In this document: in pieces, positions 49,732 through 59,409 of the stretch
Numbering within the stretch: the stretch's first letter is position 1
Layout: the number at the start of each line of letters is the position of its first letter
Virus record (IMG/VR): IMGVR_UViG_3300027985_000891
Span: 32,001 to 96,000 of that record
Length of the DNA stretch: 64,000 nt
Source of the DNA: a virus
Direction: 5' to 3' (one strand)
Notes under the pieces: generated by a model
What the model was told of the DNA's origin: nothing
Databases searched by the model: none
The model's input: only the letters and a program-made list of their open reading frames with translations
Translations under genes and position numbers: made by a program

Positions 49732-50085
49732 ATGTCTAAACTTGTCGGTAAGAAGGCTGACGCAGCTTTCAACGCTTTCGCATTCCGTTCTGAGATTAAG
49801 AAATCCAACGGAGATACGCAAGAAGTTTTCATGCTTGGGTTGTTCAAGGAACAACGTTACGATTCGAATGTCAGATCTGGTTGGATCCAACATTCTTCGC
49901 TTGTATCCGATCTCATGGACACGCTCTCATACGAGGAGCAAACCATTACTGGTACTGTCATGAAATCGGGCAAGCAGTTCGTTCTATACCTCGATCAGAT
50001 GCCTGCTGAGGTAGAGAATCGAGATGGTAAGCCTAGGTACGACTGTAGACCAGTTCGCATCGTTGGCTTCGAAATACCTGAATAA
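49732..50085 (+). CDS. hypothetical protein (stand-alone transcription unit)
   Basis: 117 aa of normal globular composition, preceded by ~200 nt non-coding DNA and followed by a terminator. Confidence 0.7.
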   Translation: MSKLVGKKADAAFNAFAFRSEIKKSNGDTQEVFMLGLFKEQRYDSNVRSGWIQHSSLVSDLMDTLSYEEQTITGTVMKSGKQFVLYLDQMPAEVENRDGKPRYDCRPVRIVGFEIPE

Positions 50086-50091
50086 AACCCC

Positions 50092-50123
50092 AGGGAGAGG
50101 AGAAATCCTCTCTCTGTTTTTTA
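50092..50123 (+). terminator. intrinsic terminator
   Basis: AGGGAGAGGA-GAAA-TCCTCTCTCT then GTTTTTT. Confidence 0.75.
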
Positions 50124-53100
50124 TTGTGTGGGTGTGGCGGGTGGGATTATTCAATCAAACTAACATGACTAGAGAACAACTGGAACGATATTGGATGCTA
50201 TATCAGCTTATAGGTAGTATAACTTCCTATCGTGGTGGTTATCTAAACTTGAGCACATGGCAAGCAGCTCGTGAATTACGTGACTTATGCGGTCATGCTA
50301 TCTATTACTACACCCAGATGAAATGAACAGAACATACAAATACTACATACTCTTTAGGTCTTGCCGCAAGATCTTATGGGGAACACATTTCATTAACGTG
50401 GATCATGAGGTATGCTGGCAAACAGTTTATTCCATAACGGATATATTGGTCCGTGAAGATGCTAGACAGAATATTATTTGGCTCTAAGGCTATGTATAAA
50501 CACTAACTAAATGAACGATAAACCAAATAAAGTTTTGTTTGAACTGTATTTTGATATATTCCTGACTATGCATGAAGACACATTTCCAATAGGAGCTGGT
50601 ATATACCTGTCACTATTTGGTATCATTGATCTGCTTGATAAACACAATAACTGATTAATAATGAGCGAGTTATACTTCAATCTCTATGTGATCATGTATG
50701 AATACTTCTATCCTTTAGAGTTTAATATCTACATGATCATAATCGACATCCTGGATGGAAACCTATTATAGACTGTTTTCTGCGATACGTTACCACTATC
50801 ATTACCTTTATTGGATGTCCGATGCACAAATAGATGATGATACGTACTACTTACTTCATGATATCGTATTATTGTTAGATAATTATGTAAAACACTGAGT
50901 AAGAACGAGTTAAAGTGAAAAAGTATACCTAACCCCCTGATTTAGACCCTTTTGAACATACCCTCAAAACAAAAGTGCTATAATTATGGTCTTTTATGAC
51001 AATCACTACAAATCCATACTTTCTTATTATTATCTCTATTTTACTAGAACCTTTAGATTATGTTATTGGAAAGCTGATATATTTTATAATGAAGAAAGAG
51101 ATCGTTTTTTATACTATGCTCTATATGATATGATTCAGTTTATTAATACTTATCAAGTCCCAGGGAGATGAAGGTTTATATCCTCTTATTTAACTGTGAT
51201 ATGTTCGCACATTCATATTATTTCTACTATAATGGCCACCCGGCAGATTATGTGTATGTCTCTTTACATAACCTATACGACTTACTAAAAGATGACTAAA
51301 CTATATCCTCTTATCTTTCGATTGATCTGGATCAATTCTTATGTCTATTATGTATATGTTGATACTGAGGGCGAAGAGGTTTCTGATGCAGCACATAAAC
51401 TATACACTTTACTAAAATGACTCACTATCTTATCTATATTCGAACATTTCATGATCTTCTTATTCATGTAGAAACAGAGCATACCTTACGGGAACTTTCT
51501 CATGCTCTTTATCGTATCTATCTTCCTATCTATGATAACTATGTACAAGCGTAAACCTTTCTATAAGCTCATCTTTCATATGTTGGACCTGTTTACTAAT
51601 AATCCTTATACTTATAATCCACCATATGAAGATGTCCGTAAAAGTGCTGTATTTTTGTTACATCATATCTACAATCATGAATGACTCTATCAACTATACT
51701 TTACTCATCAATCTGACCCGCAAAGCTCTCAAATTGTATCTGGATGAGTACATGAAATTCGTTATTCCAGAGTCTCTACCAGCATTTATAGCCATGCATC
51801 AACTGTATTATGTTTTACATTATGATCTACCCGATAACATACTCTAAGTTATTCAGACACTTCTATATGATTATTTATAACGATTCTCATAGTAGACTAT
51901 CAAGAGATGCAAATAGGACTTTATTTAGACTTGATATCTTACTACAAAGTACAAAGACTAACTTTCCTTTCACATGAACATTTATTATCTTATATGGATC
52001 AGAAAATACTTCGCTGAGTATTGGCTTTTCTATCAGCTTCACTATGAGGTGTATAGCATTTTATATGAAATTATAACACTTCACGATGAATACTTTACAT
52101 CACATGATCAGAAGTATTAAGGATTATCTGTTTCTTCTCTGGTTTGATACTAATGTGTATAATCCTGACTTCGACCAGCTCAGAACACTTCATTATCTTT
52201 GGGAAGAGTTCGCTTACCTTTCTAACCAATTTTATCGAATCAACTGTTATGTTTGATTTGATGCTAAGAGTTCTTACAACGTATTTGTATAACCAGTATG
52301 AAGAACCATACTGTCTGCCAACAGTTCTATCTGTCTATCAACTATATCATGTTTTACACTATGAACTACCAGATGTACTTTAGAAAGTTAAGATTGTGTT
52401 GCGGACATTATCTGCCATTATTGAATGTACATGATCACTTGTTGCTTATCCAGATATATAATGATATCGATTATCTGATTGCTATACACATGAGACAATA
52501 TGGTAAATATAATGCGTGATGTTACAAGCTATTACAGCTATTACTTCATAGAGACCCCAGAGGGATGGATTCGTGATCTTCCCCAAGAATATTATGATGT
52601 AGACAAAGTATGTAGAATGCTATATTTTATTCTTCATAATGAAGCATGTGCTTCTAAATTATCTTTCTATGATACTGAAGTTTAAGATCTGTTTCCGGAT
52701 CATTCGCATGATGATTATTTATAATCATAAGTTTTTATTTTCTATGATAATAACATCTAGATACATTAATACTATTGGTAGTCTATCTTTTGAAGTATCA
52801 CCAGCTTTTCATCAAACTTATATTGAAGTACATAATGCATCAGTAAAACTCATTGACTGCCTCACTACACATTTTGAACCATGAATGAGAAGATTTACAT
52901 CCAGTACTATTCCTGGTTTCTTAATATGATACTTCTCAAGGATACAGTAACCGGAGGAGGTGCTGTATTCTTCAAAGTACTTTCACTTAGAGACGATTTA
53001 TCTCAAACAATTCAAAGAACTTATGGGCCTACCAATTAACTATTTACCTTCTTACTATGTCTGGCATGATACAGCAACTGTCTTTTTCTATTACTATGAG

Positions 53101-54337
53101 AATCGGTTTGACTTACAAGGACCAGAACTTACTGCTGTAGTTAATGCCATTTATAGTATGGGTCTTAGCGTGAGAATTCGCAAGCGCCGTTATGGATAAA
53201 TATACTACAAATCTTAAACACTTTAAGACAGTTATAGATATACTTTATAAGTATTACTACTTTTATCTAAATCCTCATTCACGTATTCATATTGCCATAT
53301 TTAGAATATCACTTAACTCCTTTTTAAATGAAAACAATAACATTAGATCATCAAACACCTGATGATACCATGGACATCCTGGAAAAGCTTAAAGCTAATG
53401 GGCATACGGATGTTATTATTAGCTATAATGGAATAGCTAAAGTTTATAACATCGACGTTTATCTGGACATCCTAAACAACTACTTTGATGGACTTGAAAA
53501 CATACAAGAGCATGCTGAACATGATTGAGCAAATGATGTGGATAGCGACAAATAAGAGTGGATATCATGCTTGGAAAGCTTGCGATTCGCTACTTGTAAC
53601 TTTAAGAGAGCAGGTAAATATTTGATAACTTTTGTAATACTATCAACATGAAAAACCTGCTCTTTTATTACTATATAATGCGTAGTATGAGATTATGTCT
53701 TTATATTGAATATGAGGATGGGAAACGTCAAGATATAGTCAAAGATGTTTGGTATCAATCTATTTTATTATCCAACTTTATATACCATGACCAAATTTAG
53801 TCTTAAAGATCATACATATCTTCTTGGATGGGTCCGTGATCATTTAGCTCATAACATTATGAATGTGTATGAAGAAGAACATCCTTGGGTCTATGCAATT
53901 TATTTAGTAGCTTGTATATCTAATCATGATCAATCTTACCCTTCTTAAGTTATTAGTTAGCTCCTTTCTCCTGGGATCTGTATGTGATCCGGATAACTTT
54001 GATTTCGTCTGTACTACACCAGTTGGACTTCAAATCTTTGATGATCATATAAACGGTTGTCATGGAGCTAGATACATTCAGGTAACAAATGTTACTTCAG
54101 ATTCTATAACATTATATGTTAAAGATAGTGTTGTTATCAACTCGTTTGAAGGTAACATCACAATTGAACTCCCATGCCATTAGAGACATATCTATCTATC
54201 TTCAGAATGTTCAAAACAAGGATTGAAACATCTGCTGATACATTTGGATGCTACTATTGTACTCAGTCAATCATTAACGCATACTGGTATCATATAGTAA
54301 GATATAAGTAATTTCCCCTTTTAAACACTCAGTCATT

Positions 54338-54361
54338 GGGAGGCCTTTGGGTCTCCCTTTT
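54338..54361 (+). terminator. intrinsic terminator
   Basis: GGGAGGCC-TTTG-GGTCTCCC then TTTT. Confidence 0.75.
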
Positions 54362-54768
54362 ATAATTATGAACGCTATAATATACTATCAACTTTTCTGT
54401 GCTGCTTATAACTTATTTGTTTCACATTATTGGCCTATAAGCTATAATTGTTCATCTATAGCTAACGATATTCAAGAGCTATCATGGAAATGTAGATATC
54501 TGAAGTATCATGATATAACCACTATAAAATAAAAAAACATGAAAAAGACTATCGTATTCTTATGCTTTTGCATGATCATACTGATCTGTGCATTTGTTAT
54601 ACATTTCCTGGAACCTATAATAGGACCAGGTGCAGCGATCTTTATTACCTTACCTGCTGCTGCAGTTATACTTATGAATGTAGCTATTAAAGTATATGAT
54701 CGCTATGGATAGAAATTTTATGTGACAGAGTAAAAACACTGATTATTAACTTATTTAAAATATGAAAC

Positions 54769-55386
54769 ATGAATATTTTAGCATCACGTCCCATGGACGT
54801 TATCAAAAGAAGAATCGTATTAACAGGTACAAAGGACATCATGTTCGACCGGTACGCCGGCGACAACAACACAAAGTTGGAACCAGCTCAGAAGTTATAC
54901 CTGAAGCCAGAACCGGACGGAGAGTTGCCCAGTATTATACTACCGGCGGCCAATTTTATGAGCTTCTTATCCGCCCATAATACCAACTCTGCTCCAAAGA
55001 GGCTGAGGGATGCAAGAAAATATAAGGCAATAGCCAATGCTTGTTTATCATTTGTAGATATTGAGGAAGAGCATATTCCTTTTATGAGGAATGGTAAACC
55101 TATTAAGTTTGATAGGTTTAATGCTGAAGAGATCGATACTGTCAGTGGATGTTATATCCATCGTAGTGTAGCAAGATTGGAAAAGGGTATACCTAATCCA
55201 AAAGTACGACCAGTGCTTCCTAAACCATGGAGTGTTGAGTTTACGATGGTTATTCATCCAAATAAGGAAATCAAAGAAACAGAGATCTACAACCTTATTT
55301 CTGAAGGAGGTATTGCAATAGGTTTAGGTACCTATCGTGGTGTCTTTGGAAAGTTTGTTGTAGAAGCTTGGGATGAAATAAAGTAG
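54769..55386 (+). CDS. stand-alone Cas7/RAMP-like RNA-binding protein (Vipr-like)
   Basis: 205 aa with RAMP layout: first strand RIVLTGTKDIMF, ILPAANFMSFL (IPxxxhK-like helix start), VRPVLPKPWSVEFTM, and C-terminal glycine-rich loop GGIAIGLGTYRGVFGKFVV. No other cas genes in the window. Confidence 0.8.
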   Translation: MNILASRPMDVIKRRIVLTGTKDIMFDRYAGDNNTKLEPAQKLYLKPEPDGELPSIILPAANFMSFLSAHNTNSAPKRLRDARKYKAIANACLSFVDIEEEHIPFMRNGKPIKFDRFNAEEIDTVSGCYIHRSVARLEKGIPNPKVRPVLPKPWSVEFTMVIHPNKEIKETEIYNLISEGGIAIGLGTYRGVFGKFVVEAWDEIK

Positions 55387-55456
55387 GCAAGGTATGGAGG
55401 GGCTCTGATCGGTGTGGAGAGGAGGGGCGATGCAAGACGCTGCACTGCATAAGATA

Positions 55457-55488
55457 ACTCTACCTGGGAAACTGGGTAGAGTTTTTTA
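55457..55488 (+). terminator. hairpin/terminator after array unit 1
   Basis: AACTCTACC-TGGGAAACTG-GGTAGAGTT then TTTT. Confidence 0.7.
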
Positions 55489-55575
55489 TTATAAACATAT
55501 GTGCTTGGTTGAGCTTGGATCGGAAAGGAGTGGCAATGTAAGGATAGGCTCGGAAATGATAGGCAAGGATAGCTT

Positions 55576-56069
55576 TTTACCCAAAACTAAAAATATAATC
55601 AATGCTAGGCTCGGCACGTCTCTGACTGGCCCTTCCTGGCCCTGCCTGGAGGGGCGGTGCTATGCTTTGATAGGCAAGGAATGGTTTTTACCCTGAAACT
55701 GAAGATATAACGCGTAAGTGTGAGGAAGTGCTAGGCCCTGACAGGCGAGTCTCGGAGTGGATGGGATTGGTAAGGATTTGCTAGGCAAGATTTTTATACC
55801 TAAAACTAAAAATATACTAAGAATAACTTGGATAGTCACGGACTGGACTGGAGGGGATTTGCTAGGACAGGCGGTGCTAGGATGGGATTGGCGAGGATGG
55901 GCACTGAAAGGTAGTGAAAGGAGAGGCTATACAAGGCAAGGCTTTTACCCAAAACTAAAGATATAATACTCAGAAACATTGGCCGGGATGGGCATGGATG
56001 GTCAAGGATGGGACTGGAGTGGAGGTGATAGGCACTGCAAGGATTGGTTTACCCAAAACTAAAGATATA
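55576..56069 (+). repeat. five copies of a 22-23 nt linker TTTACCCAAAACTAAARATATA
   Basis: 55576-55597, 55687-55709, 55795-55816, 55944-55965 and 56048-56069; each follows a GCAAG end motif; non-palindromic. Confidence 0.9.
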
Positions 56070-56357
56070 TTTTAGGCGGATCCAGGCTGGGTACTGCCCG
56101 GACCGGCTGCGATAGGAGTTGCCCGGATGGGAGGGGAGAGGCTCTGCAAGGAAAGGTCTTGCTTTGCTAGGCAAGGTTATATTATCGTTGTAACTAAATA
56201 ACTTGTTATATGAAATCTGTTACTATTTATCCGGATCCCATTGCCCAATTACTTGATAAGATTGATAAGGAGAATGAACAAAAGCATAAGAAAGAAATGA
56301 TTATGCCGGCATCTCACAAGATTACCTTGTTTTTCTTATCTCTTTATTAGTTGTTCG

Positions 56358-56381
56358 AGGGGGTCGAAAGACTCCCTTTTT
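56358..56381 (+). terminator. intrinsic terminator
   Basis: AGGGGGTC-GAAA-GACTCCCT then TTTT. Confidence 0.75.
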
Positions 56382-56407
56382 ATCTGAAACTTTTAAAATA
56401 AAACATA

Positions 56408-56632
56408 ATGGCAAAGAAACTGACATCTCAAACGGTGAACACTTTCATGAAAATTACTCATTTGTTTATCCATGATACTGAAATAGCAAAGAAGAAGTAT
56501 TGGGAGAACAATAAGAAGAGCTCTCCTCAGAGCGATTTCTATGATACAGCGCTAAGTAGAGCTAATGAGCTATTGGAGAAGTTACAGAAGCTCTATGACT
56601 CTATCGTAAAGGATGAAAAGAAAGAAGTATAG
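56408..56632 (+). CDS. hypothetical protein
   Basis: 74 aa with an A-rich Bacteroidota-type initiation region. Confidence 0.55.
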   Translation: MAKKLTSQTVNTFMKITHLFIHDTEIAKKKYWENNKKSSPQSDFYDTALSRANELLEKLQKLYDSIVKDEKKEV

Positions 56633-57409
56633 AGTCTATGCGTTCCCTAAGAAATACGCTAGAGTTTATATGCTTCTTTTTAGATCCATAATGTATGTAA
56701 ACAGATTAAGAGCATCTAACTCATTTAGTAAATATGCTCTTTATGTAGATCTTAGAGTACTCATTTCGTTACTTAGACTGTATATTCGACATAAACATGA
56801 GTATTTCGAATAAGTTTCAATGGTACTTCTCTTTATTGGTATGGATGTCTCAACATATAACTAATAAGTTAAATCCTTTAGATCAGTATAATGAACAGAT
56901 GTATATTGCAGATGAGCTTATCAGATTAAGTAGTATAGCTTATCATATGTATCTTATTCATTTCAAAGAGAACACAAACCCCAGAGGGTGAGGATGATAT
57001 GATTACCTATAAATGAATATGGAACAGAGAACTATGTATCAACGCAGATTCTATCATTACTGCTATGACTTCTTTCATTGGCGTCTATTAATATGGGATA
57101 GAGATATGCACGATTTCAGTAATGAGACTTTGAATATGATCTTGGAACTGGAAACTAAAGTGAGAGTTCTTTATCGGATGTTAGATGATTGTCCTCGCGC
57201 GCGTACTTAACTATACTATAATTATAGTTTATACTATAAAAAAGATATATGTTATATCTATTAGTATGTGTTCCTCTCCCTGGGATCTTGTCTATAGTTA
57301 GTGTATCTACTGTAAGTAAGTACAGTTAGTATACTTACTATAAGGGTCTAACAATCGAGGTACATAAAATGTTTTAAAAAAGTTTACTTATTGCTTAAAA
57401 TATACAACG

Positions 57410-57724
57410 ATGACAAAAATTCGTCCTGATCGTTACGATCTTGATAAAGTAAAAGCTGATATGGCTGATAATATTGTTAATTTGATATCAGTAGTAGTTC
57501 TTACCCTTATAGGTATCATAATACTATACTTTGCTATTTATGGTGCAGTAGTAAGAACTCAAATAGAATACTGGGAACAAGCACATAAAGCTAACTTTTT
57601 TGCTACCATGCATAAGTATAATAAGTTTCAATCCTGTCTTGAGTATCAGGATACCTGTTTATGTGCTTACAATCTTCCGGAATATGAACGAAAATGTTAC
57701 TGCGATGAACAAGAAACTCATTGA
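57410..57724 (+). CDS. single-pass membrane protein with Cys-rich C-terminus
   Basis: IVNLISVVVLTLIGIIILYFAIYGAVV TM segment. Confidence 0.55.
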   Translation: MTKIRPDRYDLDKVKADMADNIVNLISVVVLTLIGIIILYFAIYGAVVRTQIEYWEQAHKANFFATMHKYNKFQSCLEYQDTCLCAYNLPEYERKCYCDEQETH

Positions 57725-58058
57725 GATACAGTTTAGAGCTGTCAAGATTCTACATTATAAGTATGGAGAAAGATTAAATAGTGGGACTACATCTAAATAT
57801 GATATAATCATATATAACTTTCTCAATACTGCTCGTAGGATACTGGCTCGATTAAAAAATCGAGTATGAAAAGTAGACATATTATTAGCATCTTAACAAT
57901 GTTTATGAAAATGAATATACAGGATGCTGATGCTAGAAATGCTGATGACATTGTAGTGCTCAACATGTCATATGATGAGATCATTAAAGTACTAGGTCAT
58001 GAGCAAAAGAAATACATTAGAAATCATGGATTACTCACACCTAAAGTAAATAACCGTT

Positions 58059-58877
58059 ATGAATGATCCTCGTGTCCATGGAAATATCTTGGTACATAAA
58101 CATTCTAAGAGAGCTTATTCTGTTGTTCATCCTAAAGTATTAGGACCAGACAGAATCATTAGAATAGGTGTAATAGATACTACGACCGGTGCTATTATGT
58201 ATATTCCTGAAGACGATGTTATAAACTTTGACATATATACCAAATCTGAGTGGAATAGACGTAAACAAGCAAAAGTAAATCCTTTTATTCCTACACCCAA
58301 TAGAATAGTACGATGGGTACCTGAAACAGATGATCATAAAAATGTATCATCTACCAATGCTGTACCTAGTCAATCGCTATTTGATGTATTAGAAGTAGAT
58401 GATCTTATTAGTCACCGGGCTACAACTAATGGTAAGCATAATAATGTTTATCTTGTTACTTATATTGATAGAGTAACTCGATATGTCACTGTAAGTAGTA
58501 AAGATAATAATGAAGATATTTATCTGAGTATACCAGCTAATACGATTATTATGGAGTATACTCGGGTGGGTAAAAGGGAAGCTGCAAAGCCTCACATACT
58601 AAATATTGTACGAATATTAGAAACTCGTATTTATGAGCATCTCTATTCTAATACTTGGTTAGACCGGTATTATCATCGATACTGTATAAAACGTGGTAGA
58701 GATATTCCCAGAGAAGAGCGAATTGAAGATGAAGAGCACATATTTGTAGCTCCTGGTGAGATATATCGTTATTTGAAGGAGAATATACCACTTGACGATT
58801 TAAAAGCGCTTAAAAACGAATTAAATGCTGATCATGAACTGGAAGATATATCGAAAACTACTATGGAAGATAACTGA
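58059..58877 (+). CDS. hypothetical protein
   Basis: 272-aa ORF; no motif recognised. Confidence 0.65.
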   Translation: MNDPRVHGNILVHKHSKRAYSVVHPKVLGPDRIIRIGVIDTTTGAIMYIPEDDVINFDIYTKSEWNRRKQAKVNPFIPTPNRIVRWVPETDDHKNVSSTNAVPSQSLFDVLEVDDLISHRATTNGKHNNVYLVTYIDRVTRYVTVSSKDNNEDIYLSIPANTIIMEYTRVGKREAAKPHILNIVRILETRIYEHLYSNTWLDRYYHRYCIKRGRDIPREERIEDEEHIFVAPGEIYRYLKENIPLDDLKALKNELNADHELEDISKTTMEDN

Positions 58878-59048
58878 ATACAAAAATTCATTTAGTGATG
58901 ACACATTGGATAGATATTTACTTGAAAACACACTTTATTATCAGGCTCAGATACTTACCAGATTAATAAGTCAATATGAAGCAGGTAGATTTCTATAAAA
59001 ACTATGATTATTACTTATACTATCTAGAAGGAACTAAACATTCACATT

Positions 59049-59393
59049 ATGGTCATAGCATTTGCATTCCATGGAGTCGTTAAGCATAAAGAACAACCTA
59101 TCAAAGGAGCCATTGATGCATTACGAGAACTTACTTATGATCATGCACTCGTGCTTGTATCAACATCATCTGAACCTGAACTTTACAATGAAGTCAAATA
59201 TCTCGCCGGCTATGGCATCAGCCTATTTGGTATCAACATTGTTCCTAATCAAACGATTAGCTCAATCAATGGATCATATTACGTCAACTATGAGATACTA
59301 ATTGATCCTAAAGCCATTGGAGCACCATTAGTTCCAGAAGGATATATCGATTGGATCCAAGTAAGAAAATTACTAAAAAACAAGCTATCTTGA
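59049..59393 (+). CDS. degenerate HAD-superfamily (BT0820-like) protein
   Basis: IAFAFHGVV where IAVDFDGT is expected; PIKGAIDALREL; ILIDPKAIGAPL where YIDD is expected; IDWIQV. Confidence 0.55.
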   Translation: MVIAFAFHGVVKHKEQPIKGAIDALRELTYDHALVLVSTSSEPELYNEVKYLAGYGISLFGINIVPNQTISSINGSYYVNYEILIDPKAIGAPLVPEGYIDWIQVRKLLKNKLS

Positions 59394-59409
59394 TGGTCAA
59401 AAATAGACC

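Larger units (their letters stand above)
47930..54700 (+). other. dense run of tiny Tyr/Phe/Leu-rich ORFs (about 35-95 aa)
   Basis: Dozens of short co-oriented ORFs, many with overlapping start/stop codons; several below the track cutoff (e.g. 51822-51977). Confidence 0.6.
55386..56179 (+). ncRNA. array of seven pentamer-register RNA units, (G/T)G(A/C/T)NN, candidate guide RNAs
   Basis: Units at 55386-55450, 55502-55571, 55603-55687, 55719-55788, 55830-55944, 55981-56050 and 56075-56179 (13,14,17,14,23,14,21 pentamers). By hand count 106 of 116 begin GG or TG and none has G at position 3. Confidence 0.8.

Noticed and set aside
55412-55966. ORFs 55412-55696 and 55757-55966
   Set aside because: G/W-rich translations are by-products of the pentamer register; one crosses a terminator, and a 5-nt period is not codon-compatible.
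55576-56069. Canonical CRISPR array
   Set aside because: Repeats are only 22-23 nt and degenerate; the intervening segments are about 80-130 nt, unequal and internally 5-nt periodic, so they are not acquired spacers; no cas1/cas2.
55386-56179. Simple satellite or G-quadruplex tract
   Set aside because: Adjacent pentamers are rarely identical and GG is often replaced by TG, which argues against slippage or G4 selection as the main explanation; G4 formation is not excluded.
47930-57210. Stop-codon reassignment explaining the short ORFs
   Set aside because: Long genes are intact in code 11 and end in TAA, TAG and TGA; the small ORFs change frame at overlaps, so read-through would not join them.
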